A DNA stretch of 48,751 bases from a bacterium (GTDB lineage: Bacteria; Arandabacterota; Arandabacteria; Arandabacterales; Arandabacteraceae): assembly GCA_049288275.1 (NCBI GenBank), contig JBAQHK010000251.1, forward strand, positions 1-48,751, read 5' to 3'. Below the pieces are notes generated by a model. The model was not told where the DNA came from, ran no database searches, and saw nothing but the letters and a program-made list of their open reading frames with translations. Shown here one piece after another: positions 18,501 through 26,522 of this stretch. Both the position numbers and the translations under genes were made by a program. The stretch's first letter is position 1; every line of letters starts with the position of its first letter.

Positions 18501-20710
18501 GGAGAGCGCCGCGCGACAACGTTCCGCTTCCCGATCTGGTGGTGATCTCGGGGGAGGTGACGTTTGAGCCCGAGCGGCCGAGGCAGGGTGACGTGATGAC
18601 GATCGGCGTTCGCCTGGCCAACGTGGGGCACGCCTCGGCGGACCAATTCTCGGTGAGGGCGTTCAACGATCAGGTCGACGATTCCCTCGCCATAGGGGCA
18701 GCGGTGGTGCCACACCTCGCAGCCAAGAGCGACACCACGATCCGGTTTCAGTGGACCGTGCCCGGGGGCTCGCCGACGCGCCTTGTCTCGGTGGCCGTGG
18801 ACGGCGAGGAGGCGGTCCTCGAGCGCTCCGAGTTCAACAACCTGGCTAAGCAGCGCTTCTATCTTTCTGTCGCCGATCTCAGCGTGGAACTCGCCGGGGT
18901 TGAGCCCTTCCCTCCGGCGGTCGGCGACAGCGTGACGGTCCTCGCCTCGGTGGCCAACACAGGCGCAGACGTTGCTCGATCCTTCCAGGTCTCTTTCTAC
19001 GACAGCGCCGTGACCGACGGGCGACGCTTCGCGAGGGTAAGCCTGGACTCGCTGGCGCCCGGCGATCGCGCCGACCTCGAGGTCCGCTACGAGGTAGGAC
19101 GTTTCCAGGGCGACGCGGTTGATCTCGTGTGCGTGGCCGATCCCGACCGGAGCGTGCTGGAGTACTATCTCAGCAATAACCTGTCGCGGTTCAAGCTGAA
19201 CTCGGGAATCGCCGGCGAGATCGTCACCTTCCCGGAGGAGATCCGGCCTTCGAGCGTCAGATCCTCCCGGACGGGGCTGGTGCTGTACTCGCCTCTTTGC
19301 GACTGCGTCTTTGTCGCCAAGGCCCAGGCGCCGAACGACATCCTCTTCGGCACCGCCGGGGCCGACCCGGACGTATCGTGGAACACGGCGGTCTTCTCAT
19401 CCGAGGGCGACATCGCTGGCTACGATCTGGCTGCCGGCATGCCCTTTGTGGTGAGCGCGACCGCCGACAGTGAGAGCCAGCCTGCGGTCTGGGGCACGAA
19501 CATCGCCTGGATCTCGGAGTCTACGGATTCCGCCAGGGTGATGCTCAAGCGAGGCAGCGGGCCGGCCCTGGCGATTCGCTCGTCGGCAGCCGGATTGCTC
19601 GCAGCCCCGGACATATCCCGCGACCTGGTGGTGTGGATGGAGGGCCAGGCCGGCGGGGGGGACATCTGGGGTTACGATCTGGGCGCCGACAGCGTCTTCG
19701 CGATCCGGGTAGCGGCAGGCGATCAGGCCGATCCCAGGGCCTGGGGACGTGTGGTGGTTTGGGAGGATCGCACCAGGGACGCCGGTGACGTCCACGGGCT
19801 GGATGCCGGCTCGGGCAGGCAGTTTGTTGTCGCCGAGCAGCCCTCTGCCCAGCAGAGACCGGACATCTGGGGTGATCTGGTGGTCTGGCAGGACCTGAGG
19901 AGCGGCAATTGGGACATCTACGGATACAGCATGGCCGACCTCAGGGAGTTTCCCGTGTCGCGACAGACGGGCCCGCAGGTCGAGCCCTGCATCAACGAGA
20001 GCACGGTGGTGTGGGTGGATCGCAGAGAGCAGACCCCCAGGCTGATCGGCCTGCGGTTCGGCGGCAACCGCGCGGTGGCGGATGTGCGCAGCTTCGAGGC
20101 TCTCTCCCAAGACGCCTTGATAAGAGTCGCGATGGAGATCAGGGAGCGAGAGGATGCGGTGTCCTACAAGCTCTATCGCCACGTCGAGGACAAGTGGGAG
20201 CCCGGCGACCCGGCGGTGACCGTCCGGGAGTACTTCACCCTGGACGGGGACTCGCTGCACGTGTACCCGGACACCATGGTCACCGAACGGACCCAGTACC
20301 ATTACAGGCTCGGGGTGCTCGACGCGTATGGGGAGGAGACGGTCTACGGGCCGGTGGGCGGCCAGGCTTTCCGCAGGGCCCCCAAGGGCTTCGTCGTAGG
20401 CAGCCCCTACCCCAATCCTTTCCTCGATCAGGTCAACGTGTCGTTCGGGCTGCCGAGGAGAGTGGGGCGCTCGGAGGAGGTCTCTTGGCCCGATCCGTCT
20501 CAGGAGCCGAGCGAGGTGGAGGTCAGGGTCTACTCGGTGACCGGCAGGCTCGCCCGCACCGTCAAGGCGGCCACCATGACGCCGGGCTACTACCGCCTGA
20601 CCTGGGACGGCAGGAACGACAGGGGCGTTCCGGTCTCGCCCGGAGTCTACTACTTCACCGTGACCGCGCCCGGCTCTTTCGGCTCGCGCAAGGTGATCCT
20701 GCTGCGCTAG
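15554..20710 (+). CDS. 1718-aa secreted multidomain M6 (immune inhibitor A-like) metalloprotease with FG-GAP/VCBS propeller, CARDB-like domains, second W-x-D/E propeller and Por/FlgD-type C-terminal domain
   Basis: Signal peptide. HEMGHLLGLPD zinc motif (His codon 16310). Eight D-x-D-G-D-G..GWP repeats about 48 aa apart (nt 17297-18493). PDLVV..ANVG CARDB-like units. Repeats like DLVVWQD..WDIYGYS. C-terminal domain from nt 20405 (PNPF..VYYFTV). Confidence 0.85.
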   Translation: MRPATSLVAHAVAILAILAVSAAVCGPTLAAPPRPDRLQELCDQGRLDEARQVLEEDRSAAYALGPMLAQGAARSGSPVALVLLVDFSDTPADTILHSRSWFDRMLFDSAGGTSMRSFYLANSYGTLDITGKVYGWFRVKEKMAYYADARRGMGGYPKNAQKMIEDAVAAADPFVDFSKFDNDGPDGIPSSGDDDSVVDHLLVVHAGQGYEWTMNSADIHSHAGTVRGKVADGVTVRPYATEPEEGKVGTFAHEMGHLLGLPDLYDVSLNTFGLGMWSLMAYGMWGGGDGSEPVGLDAWSKAEMGFVTPVSLAANATGLRLPCVEDGPDVLRLWSEGRSGSQYFLVENRRAKSSDSYLSKLGEGLLVYHVDERYRDNSSEAGHLVSLEQADGRFDLDQQRIFGFGSDAGDPFPGSSAARTFSWWTVPDSRSNEGLPTEVTIRNIGNAADTAVLDVEVRSPVILFESSKVEDGAGDGDGEPDPGERVALGIRFRNHGIECSDVEVTLSSADPFISLVTPTATLSSVEGGGLSSYLEFEMLIDQATPQPHNVEFALDIGGVSEVGPYASSDRFVLAVPLRRLAGWPQHTGSTIFASPAVADIDGDGSKEIVVGNYAGLVYAWKTDGRLLPGWPVDLGFRTTSKAAICDINVDGSPDVVVASQDGRVHALGADGVPLPGWPQATGEAVVSSPALGDIDDDGIVEIICGSKDGKVYAWNQDGTPVEGWPVETGGQAVWMSPAVADCDEDYVPEVVVGGYGGQLCIFEGDGSLKSGWPILFGWGCGEGAPAIADFDGDGRVEIVVSGLFSNSIYLVDVDGVVRAGWPRWAYNCSSLSSPIPADIDGDGLPEIAVATSCGTMVAWNADGTKCESIPVATSQLIEYCEPLFMDLDGNGEMDCLVGTAGPGTGSVRAFTREGPMIGFPIAVEGAVWATPAVGDLEDDGHAEIVLATTTGDVHVWRFVGARAAGKIEWSQSRGDLWNTGVYGRAPRDNVPLPDLVVISGEVTFEPERPRQGDVMTIGVRLANVGHASADQFSVRAFNDQVDDSLAIGAAVVPHLAAKSDTTIRFQWTVPGGSPTRLVSVAVDGEEAVLERSEFNNLAKQRFYLSVADLSVELAGVEPFPPAVGDSVTVLASVANTGADVARSFQVSFYDSAVTDGRRFARVSLDSLAPGDRADLEVRYEVGRFQGDAVDLVCVADPDRSVLEYYLSNNLSRFKLNSGIAGEIVTFPEEIRPSSVRSSRTGLVLYSPLCDCVFVAKAQAPNDILFGTAGADPDVSWNTAVFSSEGDIAGYDLAAGMPFVVSATADSESQPAVWGTNIAWISESTDSARVMLKRGSGPALAIRSSAAGLLAAPDISRDLVVWMEGQAGGGDIWGYDLGADSVFAIRVAAGDQADPRAWGRVVVWEDRTRDAGDVHGLDAGSGRQFVVAEQPSAQQRPDIWGDLVVWQDLRSGNWDIYGYSMADLREFPVSRQTGPQVEPCINESTVVWVDRREQTPRLIGLRFGGNRAVADVRSFEALSQDALIRVAMEIREREDAVSYKLYRHVEDKWEPGDPAVTVREYFTLDGDSLHVYPDTMVTERTQYHYRLGVLDAYGEETVYGPVGGQAFRRAPKGFVVGSPYPNPFLDQVNVSFGLPRRVGRSEEVSWPDPSQEPSEVEVRVYSVTGRLARTVKAATMTPGYYRLTWDGRNDRGVPVSPGVYYFTVTAPGSFGSRKVILLR

Positions 20711-20729
20711 CCGCCCAATCCCCGCCCGC

Positions 20730-20758
20730 TTGACGTAGCCGGACCCGTCTGATAGTTT
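20730..20758 (+). promoter_or_regulatory. candidate promoter of tadA-tRNA unit
   Basis: TTGACG (20730-20735), 17 nt, TGaTAGTTT extended -10. Pattern only. Confidence 0.3.
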
Positions 20759-20767
20759 GGTATTACT

Positions 20768-21238
20768 ATGGACGCCAGAGAGCACTCCGAGTGGATGCGG
20801 GAGGCCCTGAAGGAAGCCCAAAAGGCCCTCGAGGCCGGGGACGTGCCCGTCGGTGCAGTGGTTGTGGACGGGGGTGTGGTCACCGGACGGGGCTATAACC
20901 GCGTTGAGGCCCTCAAGGACGCCACCGCTCACGCCGAGATCATAGCGATAGGCGCGGCCTCCGGCGCCCGCGGTGACTGGAGACTTGACGGAGCTACTCT
21001 CTACACCACGGTTGAGCCCTGCATGATGTGTCTCGGCGCGCTCTTCCTGAGCCGGATCTCCCGTGTGGTCTTCGGCACCTGCGACAAGAGGGCCGGTAGT
21101 TGCGGGGGCGCGCTGAGGCTCGGCGACGTCGGCTACATGGATCGCGGGCTGGTGGTGACGGGCGGCGTGCTCGCGCGGGAGTGTCAGGCCTTGCTGGCGG
21201 AGTTCTTCTCCAAGTTGAGGCAGGCCGACAAGATATAA
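20768..21238 (+). CDS. tadA: tRNA-specific adenosine(34) deaminase
   Basis: HAEIIAIG and PCMMCLGAL zinc-binding deaminase motifs; about 156 aa. Confidence 0.92.
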   Translation: MDAREHSEWMREALKEAQKALEAGDVPVGAVVVDGGVVTGRGYNRVEALKDATAHAEIIAIGAASGARGDWRLDGATLYTTVEPCMMCLGALFLSRISRVVFGTCDKRAGSCGGALRLGDVGYMDRGLVVTGGVLARECQALLAEFFSKLRQADKI

Positions 21239-21240
21239 GC

Positions 21241-21330
21241 GGAGAGATGCCAGAGCGGTCGAATGGGGCGGTCTCGAAAACCGCTGGGCGGGCAACTGCC
21301 CCGGGGGTTCGAATCCCTCTCTCTCCGCCA
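21241..21330 (+). tRNA. tRNA-Ser (anticodon CGA), CCA encoded
   Basis: Starts 2 nt after the tadA stop codon. Acceptor GGAGAGA/TCTCTCC, anticodon loop CTCGAAA, long variable arm. Confidence 0.9.
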
Positions 21331-21339
21331 TCTATTCTC

Positions 21340-21373
21340 TTGGTCAGGTTGGTCATTTGGTCAGGTTGTTCAT
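21340..21373 (+). repeat. 2 x 17-bp tandem repeat in the tRNA-Ser/tRNA-Ser spacer
   Basis: TTGGTCAGGTTGGTCAT / TTGGTCAGGTTGTTCAT, one mismatch, read directly from the sequence. Confidence 0.8.
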
Positions 21374-21376
21374 GTC

Positions 21377-21466
21377 GGAGAGATGCGAGAGCGGCTGAAT
21401 CGGCGTGACTGGAAATCACGTGAACGGGTAACCGTTCCGAGGGTTCGAATCCCTCTCTCTCCGCCA
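21377..21466 (+). tRNA. tRNA-Ser (anticodon GGA), CCA encoded
   Basis: Same acceptor and T-arm as the CGA gene. Anticodon loop CTGGAAA, long variable arm. Confidence 0.9.
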
Positions 21467-21642
21467 TCACACCTTCCCTGCCCCTGAGGAGCAGGCTGCC
21501 CGGCAAGCCCGGCGGCGGCCGGGTGACGCTCTTGCGGAAGGGTGGGCCACCTGTTATCCTAACCCTCTGGGTATCGCCGAAAGAGCACTGCCGGCCAAGG
21601 CCGGGTGGAAATAGAGTCTTGGGTCAGCAAAGGAGGAGGAAA

Positions 21643-22989
21643 TTGAAAGGCAAAGAGGTCAGCGTCGAAGAGCTGCTTGCCAAGGCGAAGCAGCCCGCGA
21701 TTGATGCCATGAGGCTGCACCCGTTTTACAAGGGCAAGCTTGCGGTCACCCCCAAGTGCAGGATCAGGGACTTCAACGACTTCGCGATATGGTACACCCC
21801 GGGCGTCGCCGAGCCCTGCAAGGACATCCACAAGAACCCCGAGAAGGTATTCGAGCACACCAACAAGGGCAACTTCGTCGCCGTCGTGACCGACGGGACC
21901 AGAGTGCTCGGCCTCGGCGACATAGGCCCGCACGCGGCCATCCCCGTGATGGAGGGCAAGGGCATCCTCTTCAAGTACCTGGGTGGTGTGGACGCCTTCC
22001 CGATCTCCCTTGCAACCACCAGGGAAGAGGACATCATCCAGGCCTGCAAGTGGATCGAGCCGGTCTTCGGCGGCATCAATCTCGAAGACATAGCCAAGCC
22101 CAAGTGCTTCCGGATCCTCGACACCCTCCGCAAGGAGATGGCGATTCCGGTGTGGCACGACGATCAGCAGGGCACGGCGGCCGTGACTTACGCCGGCCTC
22201 ATCAACGCCCTGAAGGTAGTGGGCAAGAAGAAGACCGACGTCACGATAGCTATGATAGGCAGCGGCGCCGCCAACGTGGCTATCGCCAGGGTGATGCGCA
22301 CCGGTGGATTCCCCGCCGAGAACCTCATCATGGTCGATACCAAGGGCATCCTCTACAAGGGCCGTCCCGATCTCAGGCCCGGTGAGGACGACGAGAAGAT
22401 CAAGCTGGCCAACACCACCAACAAGGAGATGCGCAAGGGCGGCATCGCCGAGGCCATGAAGGGCGCGGACGTGGTGATCGGGCTCTCCAAGCCCGGCCCC
22501 GGCACCATCAAGCCGGAGTGGGTGACGAGCATGGCCAAGGACTCCATCGTCTTCGTGTGCGCCAACCCGATCCCCGAGATCTGGCCGTGGGAGGCCGAGA
22601 AGGCGGGCGCGAGGATCGTGGCGACCGGGCGGTCGGACTTCGCCAACCAGGTCAACAACTCGCTGGGCTTCCCCGGCATCTTCCGCGGAGCGCTGGACGT
22701 TTGCGCCAAGACCATCACCGACGAGATGTGCATCGCTGCGGCCGAGGAACTGGCGAAGTGCGCCGAGGACAAGGGCCTCCGTGAGGACTACATCATCCCG
22801 CTGATGAGCGAGTGGGAGGTCTACCCGCGCGAGGCCATGGCAGTGGGCCAGAAGGCCATCGAGCAGGGCGTGGCCAGAGTGAAGATGACCAAGGAGCAGT
22901 CGCTGGCGAAGGCCGAGGCCATCATCAAGAAGGCGCGGGAAGAGACGCACGTCCTGATGGAGAAGGGCCTGATCCCGGCGTCCGAGTAG
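21643..22989 (+). CDS. NAD(P)-dependent malic enzyme (short, single-module type)
   Basis: YTPGVAEPC, DGTRVLGLGDIG, GSGAANVAIA Rossmann motif. TTG 21643 follows AGGAGGAGGA; the longer track ORF from 21523 has no homologous N-terminus. Confidence 0.85.
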   Translation: MKGKEVSVEELLAKAKQPAIDAMRLHPFYKGKLAVTPKCRIRDFNDFAIWYTPGVAEPCKDIHKNPEKVFEHTNKGNFVAVVTDGTRVLGLGDIGPHAAIPVMEGKGILFKYLGGVDAFPISLATTREEDIIQACKWIEPVFGGINLEDIAKPKCFRILDTLRKEMAIPVWHDDQQGTAAVTYAGLINALKVVGKKKTDVTIAMIGSGAANVAIARVMRTGGFPAENLIMVDTKGILYKGRPDLRPGEDDEKIKLANTTNKEMRKGGIAEAMKGADVVIGLSKPGPGTIKPEWVTSMAKDSIVFVCANPIPEIWPWEAEKAGARIVATGRSDFANQVNNSLGFPGIFRGALDVCAKTITDEMCIAAAEELAKCAEDKGLREDYIIPLMSEWEVYPREAMAVGQKAIEQGVARVKMTKEQSLAKAEAIIKKAREETHVLMEKGLIPASE

Positions 22990-22992
22990 AGA

Positions 22993-23018
22993 GAAACTAG
23001 GGACACTATACTAGTTTC
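22993..23018 (+). other. perfect 8-bp inverted repeat (GAAACTAG N10 CTAGTTTC) just after the malic enzyme stop
   Basis: Read directly. AT-rich stem with no U-tract, so a weak terminator candidate or protein-binding palindrome. Confidence 0.3.
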
Positions 23019-23080
23019 CGGAGACTGTCGAGGGGCGTCGCCGTAACTGGTATGATGTCCCCAATTAGACCAATTAGACC

Positions 23081-23156
23081 GGGGATGTAGCTCAGCTGGG
23101 AGAGCACCTCGTTCGCAACGAGGGGGTCGTCGGTTCGAATCCGATCATCTCCACCA
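23081..23156 (+). tRNA. tRNA-Ala (anticodon CGC), CCA encoded
   Basis: Acceptor GGGGATG/CATCTCC with G3:U70 Ala identity pair. Anticodon loop TTCGCAA. Preceded by TGgTATGAT extended -10-like motif (23048-23056) and tandem CAATTAGAC x2. Confidence 0.9.
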
Positions 23157-23161
23157 TAAGG

Positions 23162-23192
23162 GGGGCGAGGGTAACCTCGCCCCTCGGCTTTT
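23162..23192 (+). terminator. intrinsic terminator-like hairpin after tRNA-Ala
   Basis: GGGGCGAGG-GTAA-CCTCGCCCC (9-bp GC stem, GNRA-type loop) followed by TCGGCTTTT. Confidence 0.55.
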
Positions 23193-23357
23193 GCGCCGGG
23201 CGCGTGATGCTGCGGCGGGGAGGCGCGGCCGGGAATCAGCTTGATTCTTGATTCCCTCGCTGGTATGGTTCTCCCGAACGCTGACTCAGAAAGCAGGGGA
23301 CCGGCACGGTCGCGCTCGATCGGGCGCTTGATGCCGTGGCCCGGCACCGGGAACGAG

Positions 23358-23635
23358 GCGGGTCGTGCTAGACGGGGAGGTAGCGGTGCCCTGTAACCCG
23401 CAACCCGCTACAGCGGGGTTGAATTCCCTTCTGAGGTCTTCGTTTCTTGGGAAGGCGGCGGGACAAGTGGCGTTGAAGGCCAGGTCCTGCGCAATGAAGA
23501 CTTGTGAACCCCGTCAGGACCGGAAGGTAGCAGCGGTAAACAGGAAACTTCATGTGCCGCAGGGTCACCTGGTTGGAGCCGGCTGTCTCGCAGGCGTCCG
23601 GGGGGCAAGATCGGGGAAGGGTGCACGACCCAAGC
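23358..23635 (+). ncRNA. ffs: signal recognition particle RNA, large (Alu-domain-containing) bacterial type
   Basis: Domain IV motif GTCAGGACCGGAAGGTAGCAGCGGTAA (23513-23539). Helix 5 pairings CCAGGTCCTGCG/CGCAGGGTCACCTGG and ATGAAG/CTTCAT. Alu-like GGTGCCCTGTAACCCGC..GCTAC. Closing pair GGGTCGTGC (23360)/GCACGACCC (23623). Sits upstream of dnaX. Ends are approximate. Confidence 0.8.
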
Positions 23636-23682
23636 CTTGAGAGCCGCGCCGGCAGCTGCGGAGGCACGGGCAACGACGGAGG

Positions 23683-25521
23683 GTGAAGGCCGACATGGAT
23701 GCGGACGAAGGCAAGGAGGAGGGTGGCGGCGGGTCGGGCGAAGGCTACGTAGTTATCGCAAGGAAGTGGCGCCCTGCGACGTTTGATCAGGTCGTCGGCC
23801 AGGAACACGTCACGCGGACCCTGAAGAACGCTCTTTCCTCCGGCCGGGTGGCGCACGCCTATCTCTTCACCGGGCCCCGCGGCGTGGGCAAGACCACGGT
23901 CGCCAGGGTTCTGGCCAAGTCCCTCAACTGCGCCGAGGCCCCGACTGTGAATCCCTGCGGCAAGTGCTCCTCGTGCATCGAGATCGCGCAAGGCTCGAGC
24001 ATGGACGTGGTGGAGATTGACGGCGCGTCCAATCGCGGAATCGACGAGATACGAAACCTTCGCGAGAGCGTCCGCTACGCGCCCGTGGGCGGCAAGAAGA
24101 AGGTCTACATAATAGATGAAGTGCACATGCTCACTACCGAGGCCTTCAATGCCCTGCTGAAGACGCTGGAAGAGCCTCCGCCTCACGTGGTGTTCGTCTT
24201 CGCGACCACCCAGCCGCTCAAGGTGCTCGGGACCATAACCTCGCGGTGCCAGCGCTTCGATTTTCGCCGCATATCGGCCGCGGAGATAGCCGCCAGGCTC
24301 GCCGAGATCTGCAAGGGCGACGGTCATACCTGCGAACCCGGTGCGCTCGCTCTTATCTCCCAGCAGGCCGACGGGAGCATGCGCGATGCCCAGAGCATGC
24401 TGGAGCAGGTGCTGGCCTTCAGCGGCGGCACCGCGACCGAGGCCGACATCAGGCCGATAATGGGCCTGAGGGGAAGCGAGATGCTCTCCAGGATCGGCGG
24501 GGCGATCGTCGGCGGAGACCAGCGGCAGGTGATGGAGATCTTGGGAGAGGCCTTCGACGCCGGGGTTGATCCCCTGGATCTGGTGGCGAGCCTCACAGAA
24601 TGGACGCGAAATCTGCTTGTGACTTCGATAGATCCTGACTCGAGGGAACTCCAAGCGCTTTCCCCCGAGGCCAGGCGCGAGTTGACCGAGGCGGCGGCGG
24701 CGCTCTCGAGCGAGCATCTGCTGTGCGTCCTTTCAATGCTCGCCGAGGCCGAGGACAGCCTCAAGCGCGCCACTCACCAGCGGTATCTTCTGGAATCGGT
24801 GATCCTCAGGATCACCAGAATCAAGTCGGTGGCGCGGGTCTCCGACCTGATCAAGGTGCTTGACGGCATGGGTGGGGCGAAGGCGGCGCCGGGTGGCGGC
24901 GCGCGCGAGGCAACGCGGCGTGCCGTGCCTCCGACCGAGGGCGCGCGGAGGGGGGGCGGCTCCGGGAGCCCCGGCAAGGGCCCGGACAGGCCCCCGGACC
25001 GAGAGGCAGCGGGTGGGGCGGCTGCTCGCTCTGCAACCACAGGCGACTCTGCCTCCGCGACAGCGCAGGCGGGGGACCGGGCTCAGGCTTCGGACTACGC
25101 GGGCGCGGCCATGCTGGGAGCGGCCGTCGATCCCGTCAAGGCCTGGCAGGAGGTTGTGGAGAGCCTCCGGGAGACCAAGGCCTCGCTGGCTTCGATCCTG
25201 GATCTGTGCGAGCCGCCTTGCTCCTACGACGGGGCGCTGTGGCTCGCGCTGCCGAGCGCATTCCACCAGAGCCAGATCCTCAAGGGAGACAACTTCCGAA
25301 TGTTGACACGGAAGATTCAGGAGCTTACCAATACCACAGTGGTCTTGAAGACACGGATAGCCGATGCCAATGCGGAAAAGGCTTCGCAGGACTCTTCGCA
25401 ACTCGACGCGATTGCCGACAGGCACCCTATCGTGAAGGCCCTCATCCATAACTTCGGGGGAAAGATAGTGGACGTCAGACGCGACAGGCAGCGCGGGCCG
25501 GGCGGCGGGCAGTCTTCTTGA
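23683..25521 (+). CDS. dnaX: DNA polymerase III subunit gamma/tau
   Basis: RKWRPATFDQVVGQEHV, GPRGVGKTT, YIIDEVHMLT, CGKCSSC zinc module, P/G/A/R-rich linker. Alternative start ATG 23695. Confidence 0.92.
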   Translation: MKADMDADEGKEEGGGGSGEGYVVIARKWRPATFDQVVGQEHVTRTLKNALSSGRVAHAYLFTGPRGVGKTTVARVLAKSLNCAEAPTVNPCGKCSSCIEIAQGSSMDVVEIDGASNRGIDEIRNLRESVRYAPVGGKKKVYIIDEVHMLTTEAFNALLKTLEEPPPHVVFVFATTQPLKVLGTITSRCQRFDFRRISAAEIAARLAEICKGDGHTCEPGALALISQQADGSMRDAQSMLEQVLAFSGGTATEADIRPIMGLRGSEMLSRIGGAIVGGDQRQVMEILGEAFDAGVDPLDLVASLTEWTRNLLVTSIDPDSRELQALSPEARRELTEAAAALSSEHLLCVLSMLAEAEDSLKRATHQRYLLESVILRITRIKSVARVSDLIKVLDGMGGAKAAPGGGAREATRRAVPPTEGARRGGGSGSPGKGPDRPPDREAAGGAAARSATTGDSASATAQAGDRAQASDYAGAAMLGAAVDPVKAWQEVVESLRETKASLASILDLCEPPCSYDGALWLALPSAFHQSQILKGDNFRMLTRKIQELTNTTVVLKTRIADANAEKASQDSSQLDAIADRHPIVKALIHNFGGKIVDVRRDRQRGPGGGQSS

Positions 25522-25553
25522 GTCCGTCAATTCTCGCGAGGAGGTGAAACCTG

Positions 25554-25868
25554 GTGTCGAGGAAGATGGGAGATTTTCTGCGGCAGGCCGAGAAACTTCA
25601 GGCCGACCTCAAGAGAGCTCAGGACGAGCTCGGTGAGAAGACAGTCGAGGCCTCCGCCGGGGGAGGCATGGTCACGGTTGTGGCCAACGGCAAGCAGGAG
25701 ATCGTCAGCATCAAGATCGATCCCGAGGTCGTGAGCAAGGACGACGTTCAGATGCTGGAAGACCTGATCGTCGCAGCGGTCAACGAGGCCAGGTCGAGGG
25801 CGCAGGAATTGATGGTGTCCGAGCTCGGCAAGATCACCGGGGGAATGAACATCCCCGGATTGATGTAG
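25554..25868 (+). CDS. ybaB: YbaB/EbfC family nucleoid-associated protein
   Basis: About 104 aa with the typical ..GGGMVTVVANGKQEIVSIKIDPEVV.. core. Conserved dnaX-ybaB-recR order. Confidence 0.9.
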   Translation: MSRKMGDFLRQAEKLQADLKRAQDELGEKTVEASAGGGMVTVVANGKQEIVSIKIDPEVVSKDDVQMLEDLIVAAVNEARSRAQELMVSELGKITGGMNIPGLM

Positions 25869-25879
25869 CGAGGCGCCGC

Positions 25880-26482
25880 GTGCTCGGAGGTTCGGAGAGG
25901 ATCGAGCGACTGGTCCAGGAGCTCGCGAAGATGCCGACCATCGGCAGGCGGACGGCTCAGCGCATAGCTCTCTATCTGGTCAAGGCTCCCCCCGATGAAG
26001 TCAAGGCCCTGGTGGACGCGGTGGTGGGGATGAAGCAGCACGTCCGGTACTGCTCGGCGTGCGGGGCGATCACCGAGGGCGATCCTTGCCCCATCTGCTC
26101 GGACCCGCGGCGGGACCATTCGGTGATATGCGTTGTCGAGGAGCCCGGCAACGTGATGGCCATAGAGAAGACAGGCGAGTACCGAGGAGTGTATCACGTG
26201 CTGCACGGCCGGCTCTCGCCTCTGGACGGAGTGGGGCCCGAGGATCTGGCGATCGATGAACTTACCCGGCGCGTGCGCTCACTTAGCGCGGCCGAAGTGA
26301 TAATCGCGACCAACCCCAACGTGGAAGGCGAGGCTACCTGCAGCTACATCGCCGGGGTGATGCGGCCGCTGGGCGTCAGAATAACCACCATAGCGCGCGG
26401 AGTTCCCATGGGCAGCGACCTCGACCTGGCGGACGAGCTCACGCTGGCGCGCGCGATCCAGGGCCGCGGCGAGATCCGATGA
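25880..26482 (+). CDS. recR: recombination protein RecR
   Basis: HhH N-terminus, C4 zinc finger CSACG..CPICSD, Toprim (VCVVEEP..D), Walker B-like tail. Confidence 0.92.
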   Translation: MLGGSERIERLVQELAKMPTIGRRTAQRIALYLVKAPPDEVKALVDAVVGMKQHVRYCSACGAITEGDPCPICSDPRRDHSVICVVEEPGNVMAIEKTGEYRGVYHVLHGRLSPLDGVGPEDLAIDELTRRVRSLSAAEVIIATNPNVEGEATCSYIAGVMRPLGVRITTIARGVPMGSDLDLADELTLARAIQGRGEIR

Positions 26483-26522
26483 GGCGCGGCCGAAGAAGGC
26501 AAACAAGAAGGAGGAGAAGATA

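Noticed and set aside
21523-21642. N-terminal 40-aa extension of the malic enzyme ORF. Likewise extensions at 5130-5387 (ABC ATPase), 27214-27402 (porA), 31064-31321 (thpR) and 36171-36341 (ferredoxin).
   Set aside because: The extensions overlap upstream genes or lack homology to the family N-termini. Internal starts with good RBSs coincide with the conserved N-termini.
23061-23080. Tandem CAATTAGAC x2 upstream of tRNA-Ala, and the palindrome CCGGCCAAGGCCGG near 21590, as possible regulatory repeats or CRISPR-like elements.
   Set aside because: Only two very short copies with no spacer-repeat periodicity. Most likely chance or minor promoter-proximal elements.
24840-25140. Programmed frameshift or transcriptional slippage site for a gamma isoform in dnaX.
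   Set aside because: No A-rich slippery heptamer or long A-run was seen in or before the P/G/A/R-rich linker. The out-of-frame ORFs there (24860-25306 etc.) are GC artefacts.
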